In this document: piece after piece, positions 40,381 through 53,619 of the stretch
Layout of the letters: every line of letters begins with the position of its first letter
Position numbering within the stretch: the first letter of the stretch is position 1
Program-made: the position numbers and the translations under genes
The notes under the pieces: model-generated
The model's input: the letters and a program-made list of their open reading frames with translations, nothing else
Told to the model about the DNA's origin: nothing
Database searches by the model: none
Origin: Octopus sinensis
Taxonomy: Eukaryota
Assembly (NCBI RefSeq): GCF_006345805.1
Contig: NC_042997.1
Span: 126,914,001-126,978,000 of the forward strand
DNA: 64,000 bases
Reading direction: 5' to 3'

Positions 40381-41157
40381 AGGAGTGTTATATACACATG
40401 TTATATACACCAGTTATACACCTGTTATACTCCAGTTTTATACACCAGTTCAAAAAACTGCGTTGTTTATTTAGAAATTTTTATGATTGGTCTTCTAATC
40501 ACTGTCTCTTGTGAAAGAATTCCAAGGAAACAGACTGAAGCTTTTACCTCAATGATGTAAAGGCATTGCTGCTTTTTGCAGCTTTAACTTTACCCTAATG
40601 CATGGATGTCAAGATATAGAATTAATCTCTTTTCTCGTCTCTTAACACATTTTCAGCTGTCAAACCAATGGTCTGGGAATAAATGTAGTCTGAAAGAGAA
40701 TGGATAAAAACACATCTGGGAAAAAGTAATGGTTGTATTGGAGGATTAAGAAGATGAAGAAGAAGAAACAAGCGGAGTGAAGGACACTTAAGAAATTATA
40801 AGTTTATAAAATTCAGTCTGAATTTTTAAAACTTGGCCGATGCTTGGAAGGAAGTGAATACTGTGGCCAGAAGACGTTTTATAACATTGAACCAGATTTG
40901 AGACAAATTACTCCCCGTTCGTCTTTGTAAATGTTGGCAACCGGTAATAACTGAAAATGATGAAGATGATCTTGGCTGTCACACCCTCACTGATGAAGAA
41001 ATTGTATATAGTAAGACTAGAGAAAAACAAGACATTGAGGACAGGAAGGTTAAACCAGAACAACCAGCAACGGCTGAAATATGAAATCTTAAGGAAGCTG
41101 CCATGCACGATATAGAGACATCTGACTCTGAGACCGTGTAAATTTATGAACATTTTA

Positions 41158-41545
41158 GGCGAAGGCGTTGGCTGCGTGGTAAAAAGCTTGCTTTGCAACA
41201 ACGAGATTTCTGGTTCAATCCCACTGCGTGAAACTTTGAGTATGTATCTTGTATGATACATCTGGCCCGACTAATGGCTTGTGAGTGAATATGATAAACG
41301 GAAACTGTAGAAACCCGTTGTATGTATGTGTATGTGTATCTATGTTGTCTTCGTGTTTGTGTTTGTCCTCACTACCACCGCTTCACGATCGGTGTTGGCT
41401 TGCTTACGCCCTTGTAAATTGACAGTTTTACAAAAGAGACATATAGAATGAGTGCAAGCCTTAAGTACAAATATTGGAGCAACTTATTCGAATAACCCTT
41501 CAAGGCAGTGTTCTAGCATGACCGCAGTCCAATGACTGAATGATC
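41158..41545 (+). mobile_element. Old CORE-type SINE
   Basis: Diverged head TGGCTGCGTGGTAA...GGTTCAATCCC and 3' segment. Confidence 0.65.
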
Positions 41546-41992
41546 TGAAAGATTTTATAGAGTTCAGAGCAGTTATAATACATAAAAAACAGCAGCGTGG
41601 AAAATAACTTAAGCTGGACTCTCTCTTAAAAACTAACTTCTCTAACACTCACTTCTATTTTCATCTCTAACAGCCTGCATAATACAACCATATACAGGCA
41701 TTTGCACTCATTTCAGAAGAGTCTGCAGCTCAAGATTTCTCCCTTCACTTCCTCATTCAGATACTGTACAAAAACTACAGTAATGCCACTATAATAATCG
41801 CAAAATATACTTCAGCTACAAGGCTACAAAGGTAAGTAAAAGTACATATTCTTGACTATAATTTCATAATTTTATATTGAGCAGTAAACATTCACAGCGA
41901 ATTCTAACTAACAGGGAGGTGTAGCTGTTAATGCAAAAAATATTATTGGCAGCACTCAATGCAGTATTTATTGTTTTTGATGTAAAAAATGT

Positions 41993-42063
<71 letters not shown>

Positions 42064-42064
42064 G

Positions 42065-42095
<31 letters not shown>

Positions 42096-42201
42096 GTATA
42101 TATATATATATATATACACATATATATATTGTGTATATATATATATATATACACACACATATGTTTGCGTGTATGCGTGTATATATGCATACGCATATGT
42201 C

Positions 42202-42256
<55 letters not shown>

Positions 42257-42404
42257 TGTGCGTGCGTGTGTGTGGTGTATGTACACATACACGCAAATAC
42301 ATGCGCACATACTCATTATAGCTAGGTATCTGGGTGCGTATACACACAAAACACACATATGTGCGTGTGTGGGTTTCTGTATATATATATATATTTATGT
42401 ATAT

Positions 42405-42700
42405 ATCCTGAAAGACTGGCTGTATGCGCAGCTGGCCATTAGCAAAAGAGCATAAAGGCAAGAATCGTCTTCGTTTTAAAGATGCCAACATGCAAGACAT
42501 GAAGTCTCTTAGCATGAACGCTGAAAGGATATTGCAAGAAATCGAACCAACATTTTCTTTTAAAGAAACTAAAATGAGAGGAGTGACTGAGATCTTCTTT
42601 CAAAGAAAAGCGTGTTCCACGACAAATCGAAATATGAGCCAGGACAAGACTAGTCAATAGGAGTGGGGGCTTCAAGTGCAGTCAATGTTGCTGGCACTGT
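42405..42700 (+). pseudogene. Probable RTE-type LINE C-terminal remnant
   Basis: NRLRFKDANMQDMKSL resembles the RTE motif LRFKDVCKRDMKSL. Confidence 0.45.
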
Positions 42701-43089
42701 CATTCCTATATGAATGGTCACAGCTACAACAGACACTACTTTGCCATATATAAATATTGAAGTGAATCTAACGGTTTTTGCGTGTTTTTAAATGCCTTAT
42801 AAACACCTTCCACGCAGCAATTGTTTTTCTTTCAGCACACCATCTCAGATCAAGTTACTTGCTGTGCAAGTACATCTCCGTATATATATATATATATAGG
42901 CAACTGACGGATAGAGAGAAGTCTGTCTCAATACGGACTCTCCTAGAAATTGAAAACAAGATCAAACTCTTTCACGAAAGGGAAACAGCAGAGCCGAGTA
43001 GAGAGAGAGAGAGGGGGCAGACAGACAGACAGAGAGGGGAGAGAAGAGAGATGTTGAAAGCATAAAAACAAATCCCAAAGCTTTCTATA

Positions 43090-43610
43090 AATTCGCAAAG
43101 GAAACAGCCACAATACAACATAAAATAGGACCTTTGTTCCAAGGGAATGACTCACTGATAGCAGACCCAGGAAGGATAAGTGAGATATTCAGTGAACAAT
43201 TCAAAAGTGTCCTCACTTCCCTCCTTGGACACATGCAGATAAAAAATCCGGCCGAATTCTTTGATATTGCAGCACTGAAAAAGGAGACACCAGCCATCGA
43301 TTACATCAACATTGAGGATGAAATGAGCTCATGCTCTGCTACTCGTCCTGATGGCTTCCCAGCTATTCTCCTAAAGTCATGTAAGCAGGCTTTAGCGAAA
43401 CCACTCCAGATACTTTTCCAAAACTTCCTTGCTAGTGATATTCTTCCTAAAAAGCTGAAAGGTGGAAGCAGAGCAGAGGCCCAAAACTATAGGCCTATTT
43501 CGCTGGTGCGAATCATCAGAAAGAAGTTGATAATATTCCTAGAAGAAAACGACCTACTGAACAATACAACAATACACAGCATGGCTTCCGTTCAGGAAGA
43601 CCATGGGGGT
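43090..43610 (+). pseudogene. CR1-type LINE RT N-terminal remnant
   Basis: EIFSEQFKSV...PDGFPAILLKSC...KGGSRAEAQNYRPISL...EENDLL. Confidence 0.85.
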
Positions 43611-43746
43611 ATCCCAGCATGACAACGGCCGTATGACTGAAACGAGTAAAAGGGTAAAAAAGTATATATATATATATATGACCTCGTGAGTACCGCTGGC
43701 GATTTTTTCCTTTGTCTTCCATTCTCGAGATCTTTCCTTCTCCTAT

Positions 43747-43781
43747 GTTTCCGACGAAGAGCTCCGCTCGAAACGTTAAAC
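43747..43781 (+). ncRNA. Minimal hammerhead-like motif in a PLE tail (43680-43870)
   Basis: GTTT-CCGACGA-A-GAGC-tcc-GCTC-GAAA-CGT-T-AAAC; stem I co-varies relative to the CTTT/AAAG copies. Confidence 0.6.
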
Positions 43782-43884
43782 CCTCCTTGTTCCCTTCTTT
43801 CCTGAGCGTCCAATAATACTTTATTTGTTCCACGTCCTCGCGTTGTTGTGCTTTTTTTTGTGTTTTCTTGTTTGGATTAACTAT

Positions 43885-43956
<72 letters not shown>

Positions 43957-43967
43957 ATATACATATA

Positions 43968-44070
<103 letters not shown>

Positions 44071-44106
44071 CATATACATATATTATATATATATATTATA
44101 TATATG

Positions 44107-44142
<36 letters not shown>

Positions 44143-44146
<4 letters not shown>

Positions 44147-44455
44147 AGCGTAATGGCCCAGTGGTTAGGGCAGGCGGACTCGCGTCGGAGGATCGCAGTT
44201 TCGATTCCCAGACCGGGCGTTGTACGTGTTTATTGAGCGAAAACACCTAAAAAACTCCACGAGGCTCCGGCAGGGGGTGGTGATCCCTGCTGTACTCTTT
44301 CACCACTCTTTCTCCCACATTCTTCTGTTGGCCTGCTCGCTTAGCCAGTGGGGTGGCGTCGTTCGAAAGCTAAAACAATGCGAACGCATTGTGACCAGCG
44401 ATGTGTAGCAACATCTGATGGTCTGGTCAGTCACGTGATCACGTGATATATGTAT
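44143..44455 (+). mobile_element. tRNA-derived SINE of a third family
   Basis: A-box TGGCCCAGTGG, B-box GTTTCGATTCC, followed by about 230 bp of non-tRNA body. Confidence 0.7.
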
Positions 44456-44894
44456 ATATATGTACATGAATACATATCTATACGCACATATATACATCCA
44501 TCACTCCCTCCCTCCCTCCACCCACCCATCAATCAATACATACATACATGTCTATGTGTTGACAATTTTTCGAGATCTTATTATCTATCATTAAGCAAAG
44601 CATGCCATAGGTGAATGAGACAAAACGATACTAATTATTTACACCTGAGAAATAACTCATCTTAACAAAAAGATAACCAAAAACAGAGAAATAATACGAA
44701 AGGGTTGTCACATTAAAGATAAAGCAACTGATTGGTTGATAGGATGTAAACAATTACATCTGCCAAAAGCTGAAGATCAGCCGGAGGTTTTCTGTCAGCC
44801 GAAATTTTACAATTTGCTCTATCGGAATCGAATTAAAAAGCCATCTGTGTGGAAAATATTCCTCTGATTGTCCTTGAACAGTAGTCAACTCGCA

Positions 44895-44940
44895 TAATAA
44901 TAATAATAATGATAAATAATAATAATAATGATAATAATTT

Positions 44941-44996
<56 letters not shown>

Positions 44997-45062
44997 TTAT
45001 AATAATAATAATAATAATAATAATAATTTATAATAATAATAATAATAATAATAATAGTAATT

Positions 45063-45098
<36 letters not shown>

Positions 45099-45180
45099 TA
45101 TAATAATAATAATAATGATAATAATAATAATTTATAATAATGATAATAATAATAATTTATAATAATAATAACAATAATAA

Positions 45181-45211
<31 letters not shown>

Positions 45212-45258
45212 ATAATTATAATATAATAATAATAATAATAATAATATAATGAATAATG

Positions 45259-45328
<70 letters not shown>
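44895..45328. repeat. Long (AAT)n tract
   Basis: Seen directly. Confidence 0.95.
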
Positions 45329-45329
<1 letters not shown>

Positions 45330-45431
45330 TGCCTGGTGTACCTTTATCGGACGGGTAGTCATGATGGGTATATTGGGCTTCGTATATTTTACCCCAGTGT
45401 CACTTTGATGGCATGAACTGCTCTCTCACTC
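45329..45431 (+). mobile_element. 3' fragment of the (AAT)n-embedded element seen at 49380-49919
   Basis: Near-identical to 49818-49919. Confidence 0.75.
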
Positions 45432-45448
45432 AATAATAATGATAATAA

Positions 45449-45783
45449 TACTAAAAGAAATGGAGACACTTTCAAAATACAAAGACCTGGAAATATAGGT
45501 AACTCGAATGTGGAATCTAAAAGCAGAAACAATTCCTATCATAGTAGGCGCATTAGGTATGATAAAAAAAATATTCAGACAAATACATAACAAAAACACC
45601 AGGACTTACAAATATATATAACATACAGAAAATTGCACTATTGGGTATTGCACGCATGCTACGCAAACACTTTCAATACAGTAACCATAAGAGCATTACA
45701 GCAAACCTCGGCACATACCCAAGGCATACAGAGCTGCGCTCGGTAGTGAAGTGAAAGCACGCTATAAAAATAAAACTACTGAA
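45449..45783 (+). mobile_element. R4/Dong-clade non-LTR 3' end (restriction-like endonuclease C-terminus)
   Basis: SKYKDLEI*VTRMWNLKAETIPIIVGALG...IQKIALLG; flanked by AAT repeats. Confidence 0.8.
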
Positions 45784-46619
45784 TAATAATAAGAATAATC
45801 TCCTAATATAATTATGAGCGTAGTGTTTTTATGTATTTTGTTTGTGTGTGTGTGTTGTGTGTGTGTGTGTATGTATGTATGTATATATGTATATATGTAT
45901 ATATTCGTCCAAAATCACGTAGTAGGAGGAGTAGGAGAAAGAGTAGTATAAGTGAAGGAAGAGAAGAGAAAATTGTAATTCAGTAAAGGAGAAGTAGTTA
46001 GAGTAATAGTTAGAGTAATAAGGGGAGTGAGAGAAAGTAATAGCAATGAGAAAGAGAAAGTGACAAAGAGAACGTCGTGTATCTTCTATAATAATACTCT
46101 TCTGTTTTTCTCCGTCACAACATATGAATGAGAAAGGATAGCTGAATAAGCAAAAAAATCAAACAACCTTTCAACTCTGTGTGAATATATGTGTGTGTAT
46201 GTAAAAGGGAGGTATGTGAATGTTTGTGTATGTGTGTACAATGGAAGTGGGATGGTGAACAGTCAACGCTGAAAAGAAAAATCAAACGGCGTTTCAACTC
46301 TGCGTGAATATATGTGTGTATGTGTGTGCGTGGTAAAGGGGAGTATGTGAATGTTAGTATGTGTGAAGAACCAGTGTTCTTTCAGTAACAAACGATGATC
46401 GATGTCACATCTCAAAAGACAACCACTAGATAACATTGACAAGTGTATTAATTTGATTTACCATCTATGTTCTATAAAAAATAATAATTACAATCACACA
46501 TACCTAGACATACATATAGATATACAAACTCATTAGAGAAAATAATTATTGCCAGAGTTTATCAAGAATATAAAACGACTGCAGTTGAAAAGTATATAAT
46601 AAATTGTTGAAATTTACAG

Positions 46620-47095
46620 AAAAATAAAAGACTAAGACATGTGTATAAACTACAAACAGGTGTATTAGTTTAATGCTTGGGAAGGTGAGAAAGTCTTATT
46701 ATGTTTCGAGCCTACGCTCTTCAACAGAAGGGAACACGATGAAATAAACAGAGAGTGAATAAAAGAGCTTTTGGAGTTAGCGGTCAATCACGGCAGCTGA
46801 CTGGACAGATGTAGTTAGACAGGAGAGTTAGGAAAAGGGGAGATAATAAAGTATTGATGATCCCAAAACGATGTTGCGCGTGCGTATGTATGTGAGAGTG
46901 TGCAGTGTGTGTGTGTGGAAAGGGCTGGTGACTTTGACGTGTGGATGTGTAAGTGTGTAAGTGTGTGCGTCTGTAATGTGTGGGTGTGTGGAAGATGGTG
47001 TGGGTGCTGGGAAGTGGTCAGTGCTAGTGTGTGCGGGGTGGTGTGAAGTTGTGTGATGGTGTGTGGTGTGGCATGATGTGCAGTGGTGGCGTGTG
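46620..47095 (-). mobile_element. Penelope-like 3' region with hammerhead-like motif (CTGTTGA core)
   Basis: Reverse complement resembles 52000-52645. Confidence 0.65.
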
Positions 47096-47620
47096 TATTT
47101 ATATATTATAAATACACATTTAACAGTTCATACATGTGCTTAATTTATTTATATTAAGAAATTTATGAAATAAATTTTGAATAGGAAGTTTTTACATCAA
47201 CTAAGCGTCACGGACTGCTTTTTGTGGCTTTAAGTCATATGCGTTTAGGTTGGTTTCAGTAATGGAGATCGCAATTGAAAGGAAATGCCGCTTCGAAAAT
47301 GTTGGTATTTACCAGCTCTCATATGTAGTCACGGCCAGCTTTATGTGGCCTTAAGTCGTACAAGAAGGAAAGAAAACCTGAAAATTCTTTTGAAAGAAAC
47401 AGCAGTCAAAGAATATTAATTGCGGATAGATTTTTCACAAAAAATTTGGTAATAAAAGAATTATTTAACTAAAAACTTGTTTTTTTTACCTTATTCATAT
47501 ATAAAATACTACAAGTAGCCGTCATTTTTGACTGCACGGGGTCAGCTAGTAGTAGTAGTAGTAGCTGTTGTTGTAGTAGTAGTAGTACTAGTAGTAGTAA
47601 TGATAATAATAATAATAATA

Positions 47621-47651
<31 letters not shown>

Positions 47652-47768
47652 GTTATATTTAGGAATGGTCATGTTGCCAGTTTAGCCAATAAAAACACAC
47701 GTACTATGTATTTGGTGCTAATTTGCTTCAGCTTTATTTATTTTTTACATTAATCTTAATCTTATTTC

Positions 47769-47813
47769 GGCCAGAGTTCTTTCGTCACACTTCTGTGCCC
47801 TCATCAGTGGTCC
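47769..47813 (-). ncRNA. Candidate type I hammerhead ribozyme with complete core
   Basis: Minus strand GGACCA-CTGATGA-GG-GCAC-agaa-GTGT-GAC-GAAA-GAA-CTC-TGGCC; predicted cleavage after the CUC triplet (47774). Confidence 0.55.
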
Positions 47814-48734
47814 TTTGCTTTCTTCTTTCTTATTTGTGTGTCTTTCCTTACTAACGATAAGCCATTTTGTATTCTTATTGTACGTCTTTATTTGCGCATG
47901 CGTATACCCCTATGTGTGTCCATGTTAAGTTAGTGTGTATGTGTGGGAAGAGAGTGCCTGTAATATTTGTATCTCCTGTTTATACACGTTCGTGTAATCT
48001 GTTTTTGTTTATTTTGTTCATGTGTTTATACTTACTCATTATTATTTTTTTGTATTTAATTAAATTAATTAAAAAAAATTTGTTAATGTATATAGTTATT
48101 TAATTCCATTTGTTTATCTGTATGTTATTATGTTTTTTGTTTTGTTTATATTGTATGTATGTATGTATGTATGTACCCACACGTGTCTACGAGCATAGGT
48201 ATACCATGATCTATACACACGCTGACGAGGGTCGATTCATATGAAAAAGAAAGTGAACAAAATGAAATACTTATAGAAAATATTGCATAGCAGCGTCTTT
48301 CAATTATGGCAGGCGAATCAAACGCATTGTAGTTCGTTGTAGGATATAAATAATATGACCACTTGCTTTTCAGAAACTTTGTAAGTTCGGCTTTTTTAAA
48401 TATTTTTCTTAAGTATCACCATTATAGGTATTTATACTCCGGTGTTATTCAGAAATCAACTCGTAAATAAACGAAACCCACGAATTCATCACAGTACATA
48501 CACACACACAATCACAAGTACGCACAGTCGCATATCTATGTATGTATTTACGTATGATTGAAGATAATCGAACCAGATTTTCGTCATTTCGAGCCAATCA
48601 CACAATGAGTATTTCTGCTAAATTTGGTAAAAATCCTTACAGCCGTTTTCCAGTAATTTTGAAAACACACAGACAAGCAGACTAAGACGAGCGATTACAA
48701 TAGCCTGCTTTCGCTGACGCGCGCAGAGTGATAA

Positions 48735-49100
48735 TAACGTGGCAAAATACAAATTACTAAAAGACCAAATCGCAAGGATCTGGGCACTGAGACGAGTAAC
48801 TGTTATCCTAGTAGTTGTAGGGGCACTCGGAGCACTAACAACCAAGTTCGAAAAATATGTCAGAGAAATAGGAATTGACATTATGGTAGAGTAGGCCCCC
48901 AAAACTGCACTGTTAGGGACAGCTAGAACTTGGAGATTGTTGCGTGGATGTAGAGTATCTTCCACGATAGTTGACGTCCAAGTAGCAAGTCTTATAACTT
49001 ACAGAAAGAGACTCTGTGGGACCTCTGACAACAGGTTGCTGTCCGCTCTCATACAATCAACCAGATTAAATAAGACCGGGAGCTCTGAGATGTAGTAGTA
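48735..49100 (+). mobile_element. Second R4/Dong-family 3' end
   Basis: AKYKLLKDQIARIWAL..VTVILVVVGALG...KTALLGTAR; 3' UTR followed by (TAG)/(TAA)n. Confidence 0.75.
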
Positions 49101-49118
49101 GTAGTAGTAATAATTATG

Positions 49119-49212
<94 letters not shown>

Positions 49213-49292
49213 TAATAATGATAATAATAATAATAATAATAATAATAATTATAATAATGATGATAATAATAATAATGATAATAATAATAATA

Positions 49293-49330
<38 letters not shown>

Positions 49331-49379
49331 TAATAATGATGATGATGATGATAATAATAATAATAATAATAATAATAAT

Positions 49380-49919
49380 TGCCCTGATGCAGTACCAGGC
49401 AGTGGCTCTTGTGGCTTCTGATCTTAACTGATTGGAAGTGTTATCATGTACATTATTTTGTCTTGGTATAAAAGATGGGCTACAGCAAATATTCTGCTCA
49501 ATACCACAGATTTGCATGTCAGTTATTTGACCTTAACCAGCTGAGCATGTCCCTTAGTGGCTGATGATATGTGCATTTCTGATCACAAGCAGAAGTATTG
49601 GGGGAGCATCATAGCCATGTGTTGAGAGGGATTCTTTGGGGGTTTGAAACATGGGTGGTTCGTTCAACATCCTTAAACAACCCTTATTCAGGGACCTTTT
49701 GAGCGGGATGAGTTACTCGACCAGAAGAAAATTCTAACTGGGCCCCACCTGCAAGGTCATGTGCTGTTTATCTTGATATGAGATCACCATGTCGCGCACA
49801 TATGGTTGTGATGCATGTGCCTAGTTTACCCTTATTAGACGGGTAGTCATGATGGGTATACTGGGCTTCGTATATTTTACCCCAGTATCACTTTGATGGC
49901 ATGCACTGCTCTCTCACTC
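49380..49919 (+). mobile_element. 540-bp non-coding element embedded in (AAT)n
   Basis: AAT repeats on both sides; its 3' 100 bp recur at 45329-45431, also within (AAT)n. Confidence 0.6.
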
Positions 49920-49929
49920 AATAATAATA

Positions 49930-50110
49930 ATAAATATTTTTGGCACAAGCCAGATTTTTTAGGAGAAGGGGTAAGTGGATATCATCGATCCCAGTGTTCG
50001 ACTGGTACTTATTTTACCAATGCCGACAAATGAAAGACAAAGGCGACCTCGGCGGTATTTGAACTCAGACTGTAAAGAGTCGGAAGAAACGTCGCTAAAC
50101 TGTTTTGAAT
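49930..50110 (-). mobile_element. Old Meta-like SINE
   Basis: CTGGTACTTATTTT...GAAAGACAAAGGCGACCTCGGCGG..TTTGAACTCAG on plus strand. Confidence 0.65.
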
Positions 50111-50302
50111 TTTGGTTCCAGGCCATCAGTTGTAAGGCTGGAAATGAACTGAGAACGGAAAGAGAAGGAAAAAAAGTTTTAGCGCTCTGATGATTCTGTT
50201 AATCTAACACCGGACCGATCCTGTCATAATAATAACTAATAATGAACATTAACAGGAGCCGCAGAATACAGTTTTATAAATGCTTTTATTCCTGTATACA
50301 TA

Positions 50303-50383
<81 letters not shown>

Positions 50384-50458
50384 TATATATAATATCTATA
50401 TATATATATATACATATGTAGATAGATAATATAAATATATATATATCTATATTGTATG

Positions 50459-50489
<31 letters not shown>

Positions 50490-50525
50490 GTATATATATA
50501 CATATATATATCCATATATATATAT

Positions 50526-50571
<46 letters not shown>

Positions 50572-50581
50572 ATATATATAT

Positions 50582-52246
50582 ATGTTGAGGCCCAAATATT
50601 CTCTAATTTCACTGGTCCCACTCCTGAACTATATGGTCGTTATATTGACGACATTATCGTGCCACCTCACTCTCCCGCGAACATCTAGATTCTTCCTCTC
50701 TTTCGTCCAATCTTTCCATCCAGCCCTCCACTTCACTTCCACTATCTCCAACACCTCTGTCTCCTTCCTCGACATTTCGGTTAGCATTCTTCACTCCACT
50801 CTTACCACCTCCATTCACTACAAACACACAGACTCACACTCATACCTCAACTTCTCTTCCTCCCACCCAGAACACACCAAGCTTTCCATCCCCTATTCCC
50901 AATTCCTCCGTCTACGTAGGCTCTGTAGTGACGACCATGACTTTGAGACTCAGTCTCAACGTATGGCTCACCACTTCACCCTACGTGGATACCCCCTCAC
51001 CACTATCCACACCCGCCCTTGCAGAGCACGGTCCGTGGACCGTGTATCTGCTCTCTCTCCCCGAACCCGCCCTGTAGTCTCCCGCCTCCCTTTTCCCCTC
51101 ACTTACCACCCCACGACCCTACGTCTCCAACGCACCATTCTTCGAGCTTTCCGTCATCTCCAGTCCGACCCGTCCACTTCACACCTCTTCCCTAACCGAC
51201 CCTCCCCTCTTTCAAACGAGCCCACAACACCTTCGAGACCTTTTGGTCCATAGCTCCTTCCCTGACCCTACTCCCAACCCGGCTCGTTCCCCTGCTCCCG
51301 TCCACGTTGCTGCACTTGCCCTTACCTCTCCAACACCACCCGCCTCACTAGCACCCACCATCGACCCTATCCCATCATCCACTCCTTCACCTGCACCTCC
51401 AGCAATATTATCTATTGCATCTCTTGCTCTCTCTGCAATTCCTTGTACATCGGACAAACGGGACGCCGCTTGGCTGACCGGTTCGCGGAACACCTTCGTG
51501 ACATCCACCTTGCGAAAGACACACCGGTCTCACGCCATTTCCGCTCCACCGGTCACTCCTTGCAACACCTATCTGTGTTTGCGCCGTGAACAGGAATTAA
51601 TCTTCTCTCTTCGCTCTTATACGCCATTTGGTCTCAATTCTCCCCCCCTCCTCATCTAACCCCCCTCTCCCCCCTCCTCACCTATCCTTTCTCCCCCCGA
51701 CCCCTACTTCTTCAGTCCTTCATCCTTTCACCCCTACTCCCCTTCCCTTCTTCCCTCTTTCTCCCTCCCTCTCTCCCCTTCCCTCTGCTCCCTCACTCCC
51801 TCTCTCCCCCTCTCCCTCTTTCCTCCTTCATCCCCCTCCTCCCCTTCCTTCTCCCCCATCCTCTCCTCTTCCCCCTTCTCCTCCCCCTCTTCTTCCCCTC
51901 CCCTTCTCTCCCCCCTCTTCTCCCCCTCCCCCTCTTCTCCACCTCTTCTCCTCACTACACCACATGACTTTACACATCACATCACATATGATGTGCCATA
52001 CTAATACACACACCAACTAATGCATCTAATACGTACTATATACATACTAGTACATACTAATACTTACACCAACCCTATACATACACACGTCCAGACCCCG
52101 CATACGCACTTATACTCTCACACACACACAACACACACACATCCTATACATACCAATACGTACTAATACATACTAATACATACTAATACATACACCAACC
52201 CCATACATACGCATGTCCAGACCAATCTTACGCACTAATACTCTCT

Positions 52247-52281
<35 letters not shown>

Positions 52282-52643
52282 ATACATACTAAACATACAC
52301 CAACCCTATACTACACACATCCAGACCCCTCCCACGCACTTCTAGCGGTCCCTCAACCCTTTTATCAACCCTATTATCTCCCCTTATTTCGCTCTCGCGT
52401 CTCATGTTTGATCTTTGACCTCTGGCCGAAATCAGATCGCCATGTTGATTCGTTAGCTACTGCACGCATTTTTTTTCTCCTTCTTTCTGTGTTTTTCTCT
52501 CTCTGTGTATCTTTCTGTTGAAGAGCGTAGGCTCGAAACGTTAAAGACTTGTTTTATTTATATTTCCTGAGCGCCATACTAATACAATTGTTCGTGTTTT
52601 CCACCTGCCTTCGTCTTTTGTTTATTTTTTAAAGCTTCCCGTT

Positions 52644-52645
<2 letters not shown>
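50582..52645 (+). mobile_element. 5'-truncated Penelope-like element (Neptune-type): RT C-terminal half, GIY-YIG, pyrimidine-rich spacer and tail
   Basis: GRYIDDI; YKHTDSHSYL..SSHP..K.SIPYSQFLRLRRLCS; FTCTSSNIIYCISCSLCNSLYIGQTGRRLADRFAEH at about 51385-51495; hammerhead-like motif at 52510-52547. Confidence 0.92.
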
Positions 52646-52679
<34 letters not shown>

Positions 52680-52796
52680 AATTTATTGATCTTCTTAACA
52701 CTATCATTACGTTAAATATTTCTACAATATCTTCGATTTGGTCTCATTGTTAAGATTACTAAAAAGACGCAACACTTGAAGACATATCGTAACAAA

Positions 52797-53027
52797 CTGA
52801 ATAATTACTATAGATTCGTCTTGACGTATTTTGCGTAATCTTTAGTTTGTTCATAATATTACTTTGTTTGTAATACAATTTCTAGAAATACTGCCGCATC
52901 TCCAATCACATATAGCACGCAGAATAATTATTATAGATTCGTTTTGACGTATATTGACTAATCTTTACTTGGCTGATAATATCATTTTGCTTGTTATGCA
53001 ATTTCTAGTAACAGAACCGCATTTCCC
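52797..53027. repeat. Diverged tandem duplication, period about 123 bp
   Basis: GAATAATTA.TATAGATTCGT.TTGACGTAT occurs twice. Confidence 0.8.
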
Positions 53028-53089
53028 TCCAGCCGCACCCTTCTATCTTTAAATAGCGATGGATACACTGGATATTATCACTAATATTT

Positions 53090-53512
53090 GTTTCAAATTT
53101 TCAGACAAAGCCAGCAATTTCGAGTGAGGCGTGGCATGTCGATTACACCAACTCCAACACCCCTACTTATTTTATCGACTCCGAAAAGATGAAAGGCAAA
53201 GTCGACCACGGCGAAATTTGAACGCAGAACGTAAAGACGGACAAAATGCCGCTAAACATTTTGTCTAGCGCGGTCAGCTCGCTGTCTTTATTATCCCTCA
53301 TAGTGGTTTCAAATTTTGGCACATGGCCAGCAATTTCGGGGCAGGGGTAAGTCGATTACATTGACCCCAGTTCTCAACAGTTACTTATTTTACCGACTTT
53401 GAAAGGATGAAAGGCAAAGTCAACCTCAGGGGAATTTGAACTCAGAACGTAAAGACAGACGAAATTCCGCTAAGCATTTTGTCCAGCTAACGATTCTGCC
53501 AGCCAGTCACCT
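53090..53512 (-). mobile_element. Two adjacent old Meta-like SINEs
   Basis: Two cores GATGAAAGGCAAAGTC.ACC.C.G.G.AATTTGAAC, each with its own head and tail. Confidence 0.75.
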
Positions 53513-53619
53513 TCTTTATTACCCATAATATCAAATGAAAGACGAGTTGGTTATGTTGTAAAATCTCTACTGCAAAATTTAGCAGAATAGAAACCATAAA
53601 AAAATTTGTTTTACGGTTT

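Larger units (their letters stand above)
38770..41150 (+). mobile_element. Highly degraded Tigger/pogo (CENP-B-like) transposase interrupted by SINEs
   Basis: KRECVNLNVTEKLEVIDKLEEDVSTARV..QTVSDI (psq-type HTH); YNYNET-like motif at about 39722; DLGCHTLTDEEIV at about 40970. Confidence 0.6.

Noticed and set aside
44143-44220. tRNA gene-like sequence (also the other SINE heads)
   Set aside because: A and B boxes are present but there is no convincing cloverleaf, and each continues into a repeat body.
51628-52020. Pro/Ser-rich and Gly/Glu/Arg-rich ORFs
   Set aside because: They derive from the low-complexity polypyrimidine spacer of the Penelope element.
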